Part shown: positions 1-486 of the stretch, piece after piece
Layout of the letters: every line of letters starts with the position of its first letter
Numbering within the stretch: the first letter of the stretch is position 1
Sequence record: EF517061.1
Source: a phage
Length of the DNA: 486 bases
Reading direction: 5' to 3' (one strand)
Translations under genes and position numbers: made by a program
Notes under the pieces: model-generated
Told to the model about the DNA's origin: nothing
Database searches by the model: none
Seen by the model: the letters and a program-made list of their open reading frames with translations, nothing else

Positions 1-134
1 CTCGTAAAGAGGCCACACAGTCACGCGCTCTGGCGATTCGCTCCAACGAACTGGCTGACAGTGCATCCACTAAAGTTACCGAGGCTGCCCGTGTGGCAAA
101 CCAAGCTCAACAGCTTTCCAAATTCTTTGAGTAA
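1..134 (+). CDS. 3' portion of a small phage ORF (T7 gene 4.3-like hypothetical protein); 5' end lies outside the window. Reading frame 3 (codons from nt 3), stop TAA at 132-134. Visible C-terminus: RKEATQSRALAIRSNELADSASTKVTEAARVANQAQQLSKFFE
   Basis: Seen in sequence: frame 3 is open from the window edge to TAA at 132-134, whereas frame 2 has stops at 5-7, 56-58 and 71-73. The stop lies 19 nt upstream of the next ATG, the same spacing I recall for T7 gene 4.3 to gene 4.5. The T7 identity is from memory, not from a search. Confidence 0.75.
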   Translation, partial: RKEATQSRALAIRSNELADSASTKVTEAARVANQAQQLSKFFE

Positions 135-140
135 TCAAAC

Positions 141-146
141 AGGAGA
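141..146 (+). promoter_or_regulatory. Shine-Dalgarno ribosome-binding site (AGGAGA) for the 154-423 ORF
   Basis: Seen in sequence: AGGAGA at 141-146, 7 nt upstream of ATG at 154-156, complementary to the 16S rRNA 3' end, with AT-rich spacer AATCATT. Confidence 0.8.
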
Positions 147-153
147 AATCATT

Positions 154-423
154 ATGTCTAACGTAGCTGAAACTATCCGTCTATCCGATACAGCTGACCA
201 GTGGAACCGTCGAGTCCACATCAACGTTCGCAACGGTAAGGCGACTATGGTTTACCGCTGGAAGGACTCTAAGTCCTCTAAGAATCACACTCAGCGTATG
301 ACGTTGACAGATGAGCAAGCACTGCGTCTGATCAATGCGCTTACCAAAGCTGCCGTGACAGCAATTCATGAAGTTGGTCGCGTCAATGAAGCTATGGCTA
401 TTCTCGACAAGATTGATAACTAA
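154..423 (+). CDS. 4.5: Small phage protein, 89 aa (T7 gene 4.5-like; recalled as a Lon protease inhibitor / anti-abortive-infection factor). Sequence: MSNVAETIRLSDTADQWNRRVHINVRNGKATMVYRWKDSKSSKNHTQRMTLTDEQALRLINALTKAAVTAIHEVGRVNEAMAILDKIDN
   Basis: Seen in sequence: ATG at 154 with a strong SD 7 nt upstream, uninterrupted frame to TAA at 421-423 (270 nt). Established knowledge from memory: the length, the 19-nt gap from the upstream stop and the 62-nt distance to the +1 G of the downstream T7 promoter match T7 gene 4.5 and phi4.7. The six-frame track extends this frame back to GTG at 61, but that start has no RBS and would overlap the upstream gene. Confidence 0.88.
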   Translation: MSNVAETIRLSDTADQWNRRVHINVRNGKATMVYRWKDSKSSKNHTQRMTLTDEQALRLINALTKAAVTAIHEVGRVNEAMAILDKIDN

Positions 424-426
424 AAG

Positions 427-470
427 TGGTATCCTCAAGGTCGCCAAAGTGGTGGCCTTCATGAATACTA
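427..470 (+). promoter_or_regulatory. Imperfect RNA hairpin in the 3' UTR of the 154-423 ORF; candidate RNase III processing site (T7 R4.7-like)
   Basis: Seen in sequence: apical stem 437-445 (AAGGTCGCC) pairs with 451-459 (GGTGGCCTT) as 9 bp including two G-U wobbles, with loop AAAGT (446-450). A lower stem pairs roughly 427-434 with 463-470 (including one G-U pair and one C/A mismatch), separated from the apical stem by a small internal loop. Stem-internal-loop-stem is the typical architecture of T7 early and class II RNase III sites, and I recall an R4.7 site mapped just upstream of phi4.7. No U-tract follows, so this is not an intrinsic terminator. Confidence 0.5.
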
Positions 471-486
471 TTCGACTCACTATAGG
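468..486 (+). promoter_or_regulatory. Phage T7 RNA polymerase promoter (class II, phi4.7-like), truncated at the window edge; predicted +1 G at nt 485
   Basis: Seen in sequence: CTATTCGACTCACTATAGG at 468-486 against the T7 consensus TAATACGACTCACTATAGG(GAGA). Positions -12 to +2 (CGACTCACTATAGG) are identical to consensus; mismatches are at -17, -16 and -13. The initiating region beyond +2 is outside the window. Confidence 0.85.

Noticed and set aside
61-153. GTG start at nt 61 giving a 120-aa version of the + strand ORF (track entry 61..423)
   Set aside because: There is no Shine-Dalgarno upstream of the GTG at 61, and the extension would overlap the upstream gene's 3' end in another frame. 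The ATG at 154 has a strong AGGAGA SD at optimal spacing and gives the 89-aa length I recall for T7 gene 4.5.
424-467. Possible intrinsic (rho-independent) terminator after the ORF stop
   Set aside because: The hairpin is not followed by a U-rich tract (it is followed by CATGAATACTATTCG), and the stem contains wobble pairs and an internal loop. An RNase III site fits better than a terminator.
181-480. 99-aa ORF on the minus strand (from the six-frame track)
   Set aside because: It is entirely antisense to the well-supported 154-423 ORF and runs into the T7 promoter. It has no recognisable RBS upstream of its start, and T7-like phages transcribe essentially all genes from one strand. It is most likely a shadow ORF created by codon bias on the coding strand.
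463-486. Possible host sigma70 promoter (-10-like TATAGG / AT-rich stretch)
   Set aside because: The match to the T7 RNAP promoter core (CGACTCACTATAGG) is exact and explains the sequence fully. No convincing -35 element is present at the appropriate spacing.

Overview
This window reads as a T7-group podovirus class II (DNA-metabolism) region, and by my recollection it matches bacteriophage T7 itself at the gene 4.3 / gene 4.5 / phi4.7 locus (about T7 nt 13431-13916); I could not run a search to confirm this. On the + strand it contains the 3' end of an upstream small ORF (gene 4.3-like, frame 3, stop at 132-134), a 19-nt spacer with a strong Shine-Dalgarno (AGGAGA, 141-146), a complete 89-aa ORF (154-423, gene 4.5-like), an imperfect two-stem RNA hairpin in the 3' UTR (about 427-470, a candidate RNase III site), and a phage T7 RNA polymerase promoter core running off the 3' edge (468-486, CTATTCGACTCACTATAGG). 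I see no novel system here: this appears to be a well-studied phage region. The most interesting element is the small gene 4.5 protein, which I recall being reported as a Lon protease inhibitor that counteracts toxin-antitoxin-mediated abortive infection. The window is truncated at both ends, so gene 4.3 and the downstream phi4.7 transcription unit are incomplete.
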